Below are positions 21,901 through 31,047 of a DNA stretch of 64,000 nucleotides, piece by piece. This DNA comes from an uncultured Bacillales bacterium (GTDB lineage: Bacteria; Bacillota_I; Bacilli_A; RF39; UBA660): positions 5,708 to 69,707 of the forward strand of contig CATLHA010000003.1 of the NCBI GenBank assembly GCA_949948745.1. The letters are read 5' to 3'. Made by a program: the position numbers and the translations under genes. Every line of letters begins with the position of its first letter. The first letter of the stretch is position 1. A model generated the notes under the pieces. It searched no databases and had not been told where the DNA came from. It worked only from the letters and a program-made list of their open reading frames with translations.

Positions 21901-22957
21901 TTTAGGTGAATATAAAGAAAAGTATTTAAAATGTAAAGTTAATTTTGAGATGCTAAAAGAATTAAATAAAAGCTTAATTGAACAAAAAGATTATAAAAAG
22001 CTGAAATATGGATATGTAATTAATAGCTTAGATAGTTCTATGAATGATGTTATGAAAGAAGTTGTTTCTATTCACTTTGATGAAAAAACTGGAGAAGTAC
22101 TATTTGATGCAGAAGAGTTTAATAGAAGAGTAGAAGACACTTTATATCGAAATGATATTTTGATTAGTAGAAAACCAGAAATAAAAACAGGACAATTATA
22201 TAAGGAAACAATATATTCTCATAATGACGCAAAGATTAAGTCAGGAATTAAAATATCTAAAACGTTACCAGTAGAAAAATATGGTTTCTATACAAATATA
22301 GAATATTCTTATTTAGTATTGGTAAAAGTTAAAGAAAAAAACTATATGTTTGGTATTCCAATTATGTATGACAATAAAATTGATAAAGCAAAATATATTG
22401 AAGAAAAATTAAAAGTAAGCATTGATGATTATGAAATAATATGTGATAGGATTCCATTTTATACTAAAATTAATTATCATGGACATCTAGCTTATTTAAC
22501 AGGTAGTATTGAATTTTGGAATGCTTATCAGTTAAAGATATCAAAAAAATCTATGAAAAAATGGAAATACATGTTAAATTTTGCATTAAATGATAAGAAA
22601 ATCCCTGTTATTGATAACCAAGAAGTTTTAACTGAACAAGAAGTAAATAAACAAATGCTTGAATTTATTAAATACTTACTATCATTACATGAATTATTTC
22701 CTTTATATAATAATACTTTCAAGAAACTAGAAAAGATAGATATTGAAAATCTAGATATGGAAAAGAAAAAAATACTTATTAAAGAATTATTAAAAATGTT
22801 ATCAGCAAGCAGTATGAATGCTAATTTAAAAGAATTTGGACTTACTGATAGAGAAGGTAGAGTACATAAATCAAATATAGGAGAAGGTACGTTAATATAT
22901 AATTCAATTACTGGTATAAGAGAAAAAACAATTGTTATAGAAGGAAAAAGAAAATGA
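18923..22957 (+). CDS. cas9: Type II-A CRISPR endonuclease Cas9
   Basis: RuvC-I IGLDIGTTSVGWAVV, Arg-rich bridge helix, HNH EIDHIIPRTLIKDDSIDNKALV, RuvC-III DYHHAHDAYL; 1345-1347 aa. TTG 18923 (9 nt after AGGAGG) preferred over GTG 18914. Confidence 0.95.
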   Translation: MENNKKYNIGLDIGTTSVGWAVVECENQKIIRKGNKALWGVRLFEEANTAADRRNKRSTRRRYDRRRERIRLLQEEFKEEINKIDSNFFTKLKESFYHEDDKENKTIPLTKEEKETIKEYNNKYKTIYHLRNKLINSTEKEDIRLVYLAIHHIIKYRGNFLYNSDNFSVENLNLETQIETILNSAINFCPSLECPTDYKEYIKINDLSIALLDSSKNDRKVKVQKILESILPKIFVSEFIKLINGNKFNIIKMIGLENIDKLEISFNGTDYEEKYNELESILGDSIEVLDSMKQLYDMVFLKRLFKSSESTNISALMVEKYELHKKDLKFLKSILDIDRKIYNKIFKSRKEICPYENYIKNKITNEEFVKEIKKYLPSIFEKNINQELLTYYEANIQKRMENGDFLPRITDKDNGKYPYQLNKEELIKIIENQGKYYPFLLDKTKDDTYKLVKLLEFRIPYYVGPLTEESHSKFAWMIRKNYNEKITPYNFDDIIDKEATAEKFIKRMISHCTYLLEEPAMPNNSILYSKYKVMNELKQIRINGKKMSCDMQNKILRNLFMTTSGNITDKKFKEYLYANKDFDMYQGDFNITGYSADGKFANTMQSYIDFFGENGIFSNTNYTLEEAEQIIEWITIFEDKDILKTKVERDYPLLNDSQIKKIISKKYSGWGSLCKKLLTTKYYVDKESGVTKSIIDLMEETENNFMQIINDDTYNFQKMIKENNKIDVTQKLNYSVVECLATSPSTKRGIYQALRVVDEIVKYMKKEPEAIMVEMARGDDQKKRKDDRKKYLIKLYEKAKEEIEDYNQLMQQLGKFEKIDSQKLFLYFIQEGKSLYSGKPLNIEDLATYEIDHIIPRTLIKDDSIDNKALVYREENQTKAANYILPREFRSQFNRAWWEHLRKIGLISSKKFHNLIRSEYKEEEIENFINRQLVETRQITKHVANILNSYYKNTQVVYLHADLSHNYREKFELFKFRDINDYHHAHDAYLAAVLGEYKEKYLKCKVNFEMLKELNKSLIEQKDYKKLKYGYVINSLDSSMNDVMKEVVSIHFDEKTGEVLFDAEEFNRRVEDTLYRNDILISRKPEIKTGQLYKETIYSHNDAKIKSGIKISKTLPVEKYGFYTNIEYSYLVLVKVKEKNYMFGIPIMYDNKIDKAKYIEEKLKVSIDDYEIICDRIPFYTKINYHGHLAYLTGSIEFWNAYQLKISKKSMKKWKYMLNFALNDKKIPVIDNQEVLTEQEVNKQMLEFIKYLLSLHELFPLYNNTFKKLEKIDIENLDMEKKKILIKELLKMLSASSMNANLKEFGLTDREGRVHKSNIGEGTLIYNSITGIREKTIVIEGKRK

Positions 22958-23826
22958 GTTTTAGGACAGTTGTAGTTACAAAGCAATCTAAATTAAGCTA
23001 TAAGAATCGTTTTTTAGTAGTCAAGCAAGAAGGAGAAGAAAAATATATTCATTTATCAGAAATAGATACAATTATAGTAGATTCTATTTCAGTATCTATT
23101 TCTGCCTATTTATTAAAAGAATTATCAGATAATAAAATTAATATTATGTTCTGTGATGAAAAGCATAATCCATTTGGTGAATTATCTTCGTATTATTCTA
23201 GACATAACTCAAGTAAAAAAATAAAAATACAGATACAATGGAAGCAAAAAGAAAAAGATGAAATATGGAAAGAAATTGTAAAGAATAAGATTATGAATCA
23301 AGCTTTATTAATCAATAAAATATCATCAGAAAATTATGACTTGTTATTAAGTTATATTGATGAAGTTCTAATTGGTGATAAAAGCAATAGGGAAGGACAT
23401 GCTGCTAAGGTCTACTTTAATACGTTATTTGGAAAAAACTTTGTTAGAAATAATGACGATTCAATCAATGCTGCTTTAAATTATGGATATGCAATCCTTT
23501 TATCTACAATTAATAAGGAAGTAGTTGCAAATGGTTTTTTAACGCAGCTAGGAATTCATCACAAGAACGAATTTAATGAGTTTAATCTTACTTGTGATTT
23601 AATGGAGCCATTTCGAGTAGTCATAGATAATTTTGTTTATTATAATCAAAAACGAGAACTAAACACAGAATATAAATTAGATATTGTAAATATTCTTAAT
23701 GATACTTTTAAATATCAAAATAAATCATATATTCTAAAAGATATTATTAAGATGTATGTTAAAAATGTGTTGGATTCTGTAGGCAATGTTGAAAATTATA
23801 AAGGATTTATTTATTATGAGGGATAG
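22954..23826 (+). CDS. cas1: CRISPR-associated endonuclease Cas1 (type II)
   Basis: MSFRTVVV...IDTIIVDS N-terminus typical of II-A Cas1; start overlaps cas9 stop (ATGA). Confidence 0.9.
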   Translation: MSFRTVVVTKQSKLSYKNRFLVVKQEGEEKYIHLSEIDTIIVDSISVSISAYLLKELSDNKINIMFCDEKHNPFGELSSYYSRHNSSKKIKIQIQWKQKEKDEIWKEIVKNKIMNQALLINKISSENYDLLLSYIDEVLIGDKSNREGHAAKVYFNTLFGKNFVRNNDDSINAALNYGYAILLSTINKEVVANGFLTQLGIHHKNEFNEFNLTCDLMEPFRVVIDNFVYYNQKRELNTEYKLDIVNILNDTFKYQNKSYILKDIIKMYVKNVLDSVGNVENYKGFIYYEG

Positions 23827-24136
23827 AGTCATGAGAACAATGGTATTTTTTGATTTACCAAATATTTATGCTAAAGATAAAAGAAATTATATATTATTTA
23901 GAAAATTTCTGTTAAATGAAGGTTTTATTATGATGCAAGAATCTGTATACTCTAAAATGATACTTAATTCACAACAATCTAATTTATTGATTGATCGAAT
24001 TAGAAAAAAAGCACCAAAAAAAGGATTAATTCAAGTGTTGACCATTACCGAAAAACAATATTCGCAGATTGAATATGTTATTGGACAAAAGGATAGTAAA
24101 ATTATAGATAGTGAGGATAGATTAATAGTCTTATGA
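23816..24136 (+). CDS. cas2: CRISPR-associated endoribonuclease Cas2
   Basis: MRTMVFFDLP...KFLLNEGFIMMQESVYSKM closely resembles streptococcal II-A Cas2; exact start (23816 or 23831) uncertain. Confidence 0.85.
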   Translation: MRDRVMRTMVFFDLPNIYAKDKRNYILFRKFLLNEGFIMMQESVYSKMILNSQQSNLLIDRIRKKAPKKGLIQVLTITEKQYSQIEYVIGQKDSKIIDSEDRLIVL

Positions 24137-24819
24137 AAATGAGTATTAGATATATTGATAATGAAATTTTAATAGAGCAGGGGAGTGTTACAGTAGTAGA
24201 GATTGAAAACAAATCATACTTTTATAATGTGATTAGTGAATTATATTCATTTATGAATGGAGAAGTAGTAGATACTATTAAGTTTTTTGACAATTCATCA
24301 AAGGAAATAATGATGACTGGGAAAATTGAAATACTTTTAAACTTTTTTAACCTCCAGTTTGATTCTAAGAAATATATAAGTGAATTAACAAAGCGTATTT
24401 CTAATGAAGTTACAGAAGAGCAAAGAGATGAAATAATAAAAATTTTTAAGAGATTACAGTCAATTTATAAAAAAATGCTTAATAACATTGATTTACCTTT
24501 ATCAATAAATTCTGATATAAATATAGATTCTATTAGTAAAATACTGAAAATAGAAATTAAAACAAAAAATAGTTTATTAGAGAATCTTTTGACAATAATT
24601 GACTTAGAAAGGGAATTAAAACTCCACAAATTATTATATTTTGTTAATTTAAAGCAATATTTACACATAGATGAACTAAAAGAGTTATATAAATACGCAA
24701 TATATAATCAAATAAATATAGTTTTAATTGATTCACAAAGTTATGGAACAACCCTTGAATATGAAAGAAAATTAATTATAGATAACAATTTGGATGAATT
24801 TATGTTAGAATATAAGTGA
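24133..24819 (+). CDS. csn2: Csn2 (short form), type II-A signature protein
   Basis: 228 aa, position after cas2 and before leader/array; start overlaps cas2 stop (ATGA). Confidence 0.8.
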   Translation: MKMSIRYIDNEILIEQGSVTVVEIENKSYFYNVISELYSFMNGEVVDTIKFFDNSSKEIMMTGKIEILLNFFNLQFDSKKYISELTKRISNEVTEEQRDEIIKIFKRLQSIYKKMLNNIDLPLSINSDINIDSISKILKIEIKTKNSLLENLLTIIDLERELKLHKLLYFVNLKQYLHIDELKELYKYAIYNQINIVLIDSQSYGTTLEYERKLIIDNNLDEFMLEYK

Positions 24820-24889
24820 TGACAAATGATTTTCTATTTAAGATGCATAGTTTTCTCTAGAACTATGAATAGATTTAAATCAATTTGAG

Positions 24890-25875
24890 GTTTTAGATCT
24901 ATGTCATCTTAAATGGTATTAAAACACGACAATGATCCTCACATTTCTAAATTAGTTTTAGATCTATGTCATCTTAAATGGTATTAAAACATTTAATGAA
25001 TTCATCAAATCTGACTCTTCGTTTTAGATCTATGTCATCTTAAATGGTATTAAAACTTAATACACTAGTTTCTAAACATATAGGCAGTTTTAGATCTATG
25101 TCATCTTAAATGGTATTAAAACAAAGATCCTGCAGAAATTGATAAAACATATGTTTTAGATCTATGTCATCTTAAATGGTATTAAAACTAATTATTTAAA
25201 TGTTGATTATGTTTCTAAGTTTTAGATCTATGTCATCTTAAATGGTATTAAAACAGCATTTAAAGGTGAAATTTCATATGATAAGTTTTAGATCTATGTC
25301 ATCTTAAATGGTATTAAAACAGATAATAGAGGAATTATATAACTTGTTGAGTTTTAGATCTATGTCATCTTAAATGGTATTAAAACAAAAATAAATAATT
25401 AGTTTTAAACATATCTGTTTTAGATCTATGTCATCTTAAATGGTATTAAAACAAGTGCGGTTGCTAATCCTTCCATAATAGTGTTTTAGATCTATGTCAT
25501 CTTAAATGGTATTAAAACAGATATAAATGAAAACTCTATTGCTTTAACGTTTTAGATCTATGTCATCTTAAATGGTATTAAAACATACTCTATGATATCA
25601 GATTGACTTTCAATGTTTTAGATCTATGTCATCTTAAATGGTATTAAAACTACTGGTATTTTTTTAGAAGATTATCAAAAGTTTTAGATCTATGTCATAA
25701 TTGTATTAAAACATTTTGAAGAAGTTTATAAATTAACAATTTAAATGGTATTAAAACTGCAAAGTGGATATACATATTATGTGCTTTGTTTTAGATTTAT
25801 GTCATCTTAAATGGTATTAAAATAAAAGTAACAACAAAAGTACCTGAATTAAAGTTTTAAATCTATGTCAGCTAG
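24890..25875 (+). CRISPR. CRISPR1 array: 36-bp repeat GTTTTAGATCTATGTCATCTTAAATGGTATTAAAAC, 12 intact units with 30-nt spacers then decayed distal units
   Basis: Repeats start at 24890, 24955, 25021, 25087, 25153, 25219, 25285, 25351, 25417, 25483, 25549, 25615. Internally deleted repeat at 25681-25712, 17-nt half repeat at 25741-25757, mutated repeats at 25789-25824 and 25855-25871. 70-nt leader 24820-24889. Confidence 0.95.
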
Positions 25876-25953
25876 GAATGATAACAAAAAAAAGTTTATC
25901 ATTCTTTATTTTTGTGATAAACTTAAAGTAAGAATAGAATAGGGTGTGTTGTA

Positions 25954-28353
25954 ATGAATAATACATTAAATGATATAGAATTACTTTACACAGAATGTGT
26001 GAAAGATATTAAATCATTATTTGAAAGTGATAGATATATCAGTAAAAAAGATTATCAGAAGATTATTGATCAATATAAAGAGATATTTGATAACATTCAT
26101 CAATTTGACTATGACAATTCTAAAAAAGAATCACTAATAAAGCTTTCTAATGAAATAGATAACTATATATCCAAACACAATGAAAAATTTATTAACCAAA
26201 AGTTAGTAGAATATAAAGATTACTTTGATACTATATTTAAAGATATTGACCCAGAAATTGTACTCGATGAAGAGCAGAGAAAGGCAATTTTAATTGACGA
26301 AGATTACTCTCTAGTAATTGCAGGAGCAGGAAGTGGTAAAACAACTACAATGACTGCCAAAGTAAAATACCTGATAGAAAAATGTCATATTGCACCATCT
26401 GAAATTGCAATTCTTTCCTTTACAAAAAAAGCTGTAGAAGAATTAGATAATCGTATTAATAATGATTTTAAATTAAACATTAAGGTTAAAACATTCCATA
26501 AATTGGGATTAGAAATATTAAATGATAGGCTAAATTATTCAGTAAGAGCTATAGAGGAATCAGGAAAAAGAAAGATAATAAGCGAATATTTTAAACAAAG
26601 AATCTTTCCAAGTAGAGCTAAATTATCATTTGTAATGGATATCTTTAGCAAATACCTATTTTTAGACCCAGAATGTCTAAAATTTGGAACGTTTGACGAG
26701 TATTGGAGTTATTATACTAAAAAGAAATATATAGAAGAAAAAGACCGTTTAAATGAATATAATGATTTTGAAGTAAATAAACGTCTATCTATCAATAGAT
26801 CTATTCAAAATGAATTTTTAAGATCAAAACATGAAACAACAATTGCTAACTTTTTATATACGAATAATATTCAGTATAAATATGAACAAAAATATACAGA
26901 ATCAGAAAATAGAATTAATTATAATCCAGACTTTACAGTGTATACTCCAAATGGAAAAGTATATATAGAATTTTATGGATTATCCAAATACTTTCAATAT
27001 GGTCATTACTCTAAAGAAGAAATATTAGCGTATAACAATCTTGAAAGAAAAAAGAAAGAATTACATCAAAGATATGGTACAGATTTAATAGAACTATATC
27101 CTGATGATGATTTATCAACGACAAACTATTTAAAGACATTAAAAGAAGAATTAGAAAAAAGAAATATTTTTTGTAATCAAAGAAGCAATAAAGAAATTTT
27201 CTTAAAGTTAATGGAAACTAACAAAGACTCTCAAATCTATAAATTTATCGAATTAATCATTCAATTTATAAGTAAATTTAAAAGTAATAGTTACACAGAC
27301 GAAGATTTTATAACATTAGAAAAGAATACAGAACATACCATAGTAAAACAGCAATTAGGTATAATAAGAGAAATATACCATTATTACAATAATTATATAC
27401 ATAATCAATACCTAGTAGATTTTGAAGATATGATTAATTATGCTTATCGATATATGAGTGAAACTCCAATAAAAAACAGTGAATTAAATTATAAATATGT
27501 AATTGTAGACGAATATCAAGATATTTCTTATCAAAGATTTAATTTACTTCAAAAAATATCTGATGTATTTGATGCTAAAATTATTGGAGTAGGGGATGAT
27601 TGGCAAGCTATCTTTGGATTTAGTGGAGCAGATATTAAATTATTTACAGACTTTTGTGAATTAATGGGATATGGCGAAATCATAAAGATTACTAATACAT
27701 ATAGAAATAGTCAAGAACTAATCGATGTAGCAGGAGAATTTGTATTAAAAAATTCAAACCAATTTGAAAAACATTTGCAATCTCCAAAACATTTAAAAAA
27801 TCCAATTGAGATTATATATTATAATCATAAAGAAAAATTATCTATATCAGAAACTTTAGAAGCATTGTTAGAACAACTTTACAAAGAAAACTCTAAACAA
27901 TCTATCTTATTATTAGGAAGATATAATAATGATATAGAAAGAATACTAAAAAATTCTAAGTTCAAAGAAGGAATCAAATCTAATAATGAAATTAAATATA
28001 CACCACATAGAGATATGAATATAAAATTTCTAACAGTACATTCAGCCAAAGGTTTAGGCTTTGATCAAGTAATTTTAATCAATGCTCTAGATGGAACTTA
28101 TGGATTTCCAAGCAAAATAAAAGATGATGAAATTATAAGCATTTTAAGCAGTGATTTTGAAGAAAATATTGCATACGCTGAAGAGAGAAGATTGTTCTAT
28201 GTAGCAATTACAAGAACAAAAAATAAATTATTTATATTGGCTCCAAAGCATAAAATATCTACTTTTATTACTGAAATTAGAGAATATGATAATGTCATTG
28301 AAAAAGATATAAATATCAAACAAGCAAAAAAGAGCGAACTTGAAGTTATATAG
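25954..28353 (+). CDS. UvrD/Rep-family (SF1) DNA helicase with a ~200-aa insertion containing a nuclease-like segment
   Basis: Walker A AGAGSGKTTT at aa 124, DExQ VIVDEYQD at aa 515, C-terminal motifs TVHSAKGLGFD and RRLFYVAITR. Inserted segment has PDF...IEFYG resembling PD-(D/E)xK or Vsr-like cores. Confidence 0.75.
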   Translation: MNNTLNDIELLYTECVKDIKSLFESDRYISKKDYQKIIDQYKEIFDNIHQFDYDNSKKESLIKLSNEIDNYISKHNEKFINQKLVEYKDYFDTIFKDIDPEIVLDEEQRKAILIDEDYSLVIAGAGSGKTTTMTAKVKYLIEKCHIAPSEIAILSFTKKAVEELDNRINNDFKLNIKVKTFHKLGLEILNDRLNYSVRAIEESGKRKIISEYFKQRIFPSRAKLSFVMDIFSKYLFLDPECLKFGTFDEYWSYYTKKKYIEEKDRLNEYNDFEVNKRLSINRSIQNEFLRSKHETTIANFLYTNNIQYKYEQKYTESENRINYNPDFTVYTPNGKVYIEFYGLSKYFQYGHYSKEEILAYNNLERKKKELHQRYGTDLIELYPDDDLSTTNYLKTLKEELEKRNIFCNQRSNKEIFLKLMETNKDSQIYKFIELIIQFISKFKSNSYTDEDFITLEKNTEHTIVKQQLGIIREIYHYYNNYIHNQYLVDFEDMINYAYRYMSETPIKNSELNYKYVIVDEYQDISYQRFNLLQKISDVFDAKIIGVGDDWQAIFGFSGADIKLFTDFCELMGYGEIIKITNTYRNSQELIDVAGEFVLKNSNQFEKHLQSPKHLKNPIEIIYYNHKEKLSISETLEALLEQLYKENSKQSILLLGRYNNDIERILKNSKFKEGIKSNNEIKYTPHRDMNIKFLTVHSAKGLGFDQVILINALDGTYGFPSKIKDDEIISILSSDFEENIAYAEERRLFYVAITRTKNKLFILAPKHKISTFITEIREYDNVIEKDINIKQAKKSELEVI

Positions 28354-29215
28354 ATAAGAATAGAGTGGGGGGAAGTTCTTCTTCTCCCTACTATCTATAA
28401 CTTTAAATAATAAAAGGAGGAAAACGTTAATGTATTACTATATAGAGCTTATGTATGATAATTTTAGATGCTATCGTTCCTATGGAATAATCATTGCATC
28501 TAATAAAATCAAAGAAAAAGAATTGTATCATGTGAACAAATATAACAGTATTATTATGCCAATTACAAAAACAGTTTTAGAAGAAATAAGCTTAATGGAA
28601 AAAGATAAATTAGTGATGTTTTATCGCTATTTTTTATTTCGCATAATATATATTATGTTAACTTCTTTATATATAAATATCTTTCTAACTACTTTCTTAT
28701 TACTTTTTTATAGTCATTTCATTGCGATTTAAAGCTTTATAACGAAATAATATATCAACTATTTTAAAATCTTATAAATACTTTTTTGATAATGAATCAT
28801 ATTATATATAGCTAATAATTAATATAATAATTTTGATATTTAAAATTAAAATCTAATTTTAGACTTATATCATTTTTCATATTTAAAACCCATTTTCAAA
28901 TTGGAATCGAGTTTATGTTATATGAACAATTATATTAGTCAATGACAAATAGAATTTAGCGGCATCTTTCATAATTGGAATCGAGAATAACATTAGATGG
29001 ATAATTATCCATTCAAGGAAGATTCAAATATTAAAATTTAATTCGAGTGCACAATTACCCACCTTTATAAACTCTCGATTCCTCTCAATTCATTAATTCA
29101 TAAATGTTACTCCCTACTCCCTTAAATAAAAAAATTAAAGGATAGGGGAAGTGATTATTTTTATCTAGTATAAGAAAGATAATCAAGGAAAGACTAATAA
29201 ATAGGAGGTATAAGT

Positions 29216-29389
29216 ATGGGTAAGAAAAATGATCAAAAAATAAAATGTCATGTAGAGTCTTGTAAATATCAAGATTGTTGTGATCATTGTTGCACATTAA
29301 AAGAAATTGAAGTAAGTTGTACTTGTGGTTCAAATGATGCTACAGACAAAAAAGAAACAATTTGCAAAAGTTTTAAATGTTGTGAATAA
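29216..29389 (+). CDS. DUF1540-like cysteine-rich small protein (57 aa; absent from ORF track because <60 aa)
   Basis: AGGAGG 8 nt upstream of ATG; two repeats of the Cys pattern KCHVESCKYQDCCDHCCTLKEIEV / CTCGSNDATDKKETICKSFKCC. Confidence 0.55.
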   Translation: MGKKNDQKIKCHVESCKYQDCCDHCCTLKEIEVSCTCGSNDATDKKETICKSFKCCE

Positions 29390-29411
29390 GAAAAGAAGGG
29401 GAAATAAAGAA

Positions 29412-29879
29412 TTACTCCCCTTCTCTTTTTGTCTTTTTTTGTTTCATGAGCTCTTTCAATAATTTTTGACATCCATTATATATATCGTTATATGCCTTTT
29501 CAAAATTCCTTGTATACCAGGGATCATCAATATCATAGTTTGGAATCAATTTTCTAATCTTTTTCGAATCATCATTTCCAACAATATATAATAAATTTCT
29601 AATATTACTATCTTCCATTACAATAATATAATCATAAAAATCATAATCTTCTTTTCTAAAAACTTGTGCATCGTGTGAAAAATAAAGAATTCCCTTCTCT
29701 TCTAATTTCTTTTTGGCAAGTGGATAAATAGGATTACCAAGTTCTTCAGTACTTGTAGCTTTTGAATCAATAAAAAATTCTTCCTTGATTTCACTTTCAA
29801 AAACTAATTCCTTCATAATAGCTTCAGCCATAGGACTTCTACAAATATTTCCCAAACAAACAAAGATTATTTTAATCAT
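29412..29879 (-). CDS. Low-molecular-weight protein-tyrosine phosphatase
   Basis: P-loop signature CLGNICRSPMAEA at N-terminus; 155 aa. Confidence 0.85.
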   Translation of the reverse strand: MIKIIFVCLGNICRSPMAEAIMKELVFESEIKEEFFIDSKATSTEELGNPIYPLAKKKLEEKGILYFSHDAQVFRKEDYDFYDYIIVMEDSNIRNLLYIVGNDDSKKIRKLIPNYDIDDPWYTRNFEKAYNDIYNGCQKLLKELMKQKKTKREGE

Positions 29880-31046
29880 CTATTTTAACTTCTCCAAGAA
29901 ACTTTTTCCAATTAATAATTGAGTAGCTCCAAAATTTTCAGCGATTGTTGCTCCGATATCACCCATAGACTCTAAAATATCAAGTCTCTTTGGTTCTTTT
30001 AAATTTCTACCGAAGACAATAACTGGAACATTTTCCCTAGTATGTCCGTTTCCTGGAAACGTAGGATCACAACCATGATCGGCAGTAAGTATTAATAAAT
30101 CCTCAGTTTCTAATTTATTGATTAACATAGGAACTTGTACATCAAATTCTTCAATAGCTCTAGCATATCCCTCTAAATCACGTTTGTGTCCGTATTCCTG
30201 ATCAAAATCATTTAAATTACAAACACAAAGTCCTGTAAAATTTTTTCCCATTGTATCGCTCAACTTATTTAAAGCCTCCATACTATTTTTGGCTTTCATT
30301 TTTTTAGAAATTCCATCATCTTCAAAAATATCTGCAATCTTTCCAATAGAAATCGTGGCATAATCATTTTCCTGCAATAAGTTAAACACACTCTTTGTAG
30401 GAGGTTTAATCGCAAGTTCGTAACGTTCATTCGTAAATTTAAAATTACCTGGTTTTCCAGTAAATACACGAGCAATTACACGACCAACCTTTAATTCCTC
30501 TGTCATTGTAATTTCTCTGATTTTTTCTGCATATTCATATAATTTAGCAACTGGAATCACATCTTCATGTGCAGCAATATACAAATTAGAACCATTTGAA
30601 GTATAAAGAATCAAAAATCCATATTGCATATGTCTCTCACCAAGCTCATTAATAATATCAAGCCCTTGAGCATTTTTATTTCCAATAACACGTCTTTTTG
30701 TAAGTAGCTCAATTTTTTCTACCAATTCATTTGGAAATCCAGTTTCTACAAAAGATTTAAAAGGAACTAGGTTACGAACTCCTAACAATTCATAATGACC
30801 TGTTAAAGTATCTTTTCCAGGATTAGTAGGCCTAGCAATGGTATAATATGCCTCCACATTCTCGTTTTCCGCCATACTAAGAGTATCTAAAAAACCAAGT
30901 TTTTCTAAGTTTGGGATAAACAAATCATAGTTTTCTTTAATATGTCCTAAAGTATTGCTTCCAACATCCCCATAATTTTCAGCATCAATTGCTTCCCCTA
31001 CTCCTAAGGAATCTAAAACAACTAAAAATATTCTCTTAAATTTCAT
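29880..31046 (-). CDS. deoB: Phosphopentomutase
   Basis: MKFKRIFLVVLDSLGVGE...GHTRE motifs of DeoB; ORF-track entry extends further upstream but MKFKRIF start gives ~389 aa. Confidence 0.9.
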   Translation of the reverse strand: MKFKRIFLVVLDSLGVGEAIDAENYGDVGSNTLGHIKENYDLFIPNLEKLGFLDTLSMAENENVEAYYTIARPTNPGKDTLTGHYELLGVRNLVPFKSFVETGFPNELVEKIELLTKRRVIGNKNAQGLDIINELGERHMQYGFLILYTSNGSNLYIAAHEDVIPVAKLYEYAEKIREITMTEELKVGRVIARVFTGKPGNFKFTNERYELAIKPPTKSVFNLLQENDYATISIGKIADIFEDDGISKKMKAKNSMEALNKLSDTMGKNFTGLCVCNLNDFDQEYGHKRDLEGYARAIEEFDVQVPMLINKLETEDLLILTADHGCDPTFPGNGHTRENVPVIVFGRNLKEPKRLDILESMGDIGATIAENFGATQLLIGKSFLEKLK

Positions 31047-31047
31047 A

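Noticed and set aside
28430-28732. 100-aa ORF (MYYYIELMYDNFRCYRSYG...) in the gap downstream of the helicase
   Set aside because: Low-complexity Y/I/F/L-rich translation typical of random AT-rich sequence. No RBS and no recognisable domain. Kept only as part of the non-coding region finding
28893-28911. CRISPR2 spacer (51935-51964, ATCAAATTGGAATCGATGACAGGTATGTAT) shares a 15-nt identity (TCAAATTGGAATCGA) with the chromosome at 28895-28909, which looked like a self-targeting spacer
   Set aside because: Only 15 of 30 nt match. The match is flanked by mismatches, including the position that would be PAM-proximal in the crRNA. In ~128 kb of AT-rich double-stranded sequence with 21 spacers a 15-mer coincidence is not improbable. 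Not a credible protospacer
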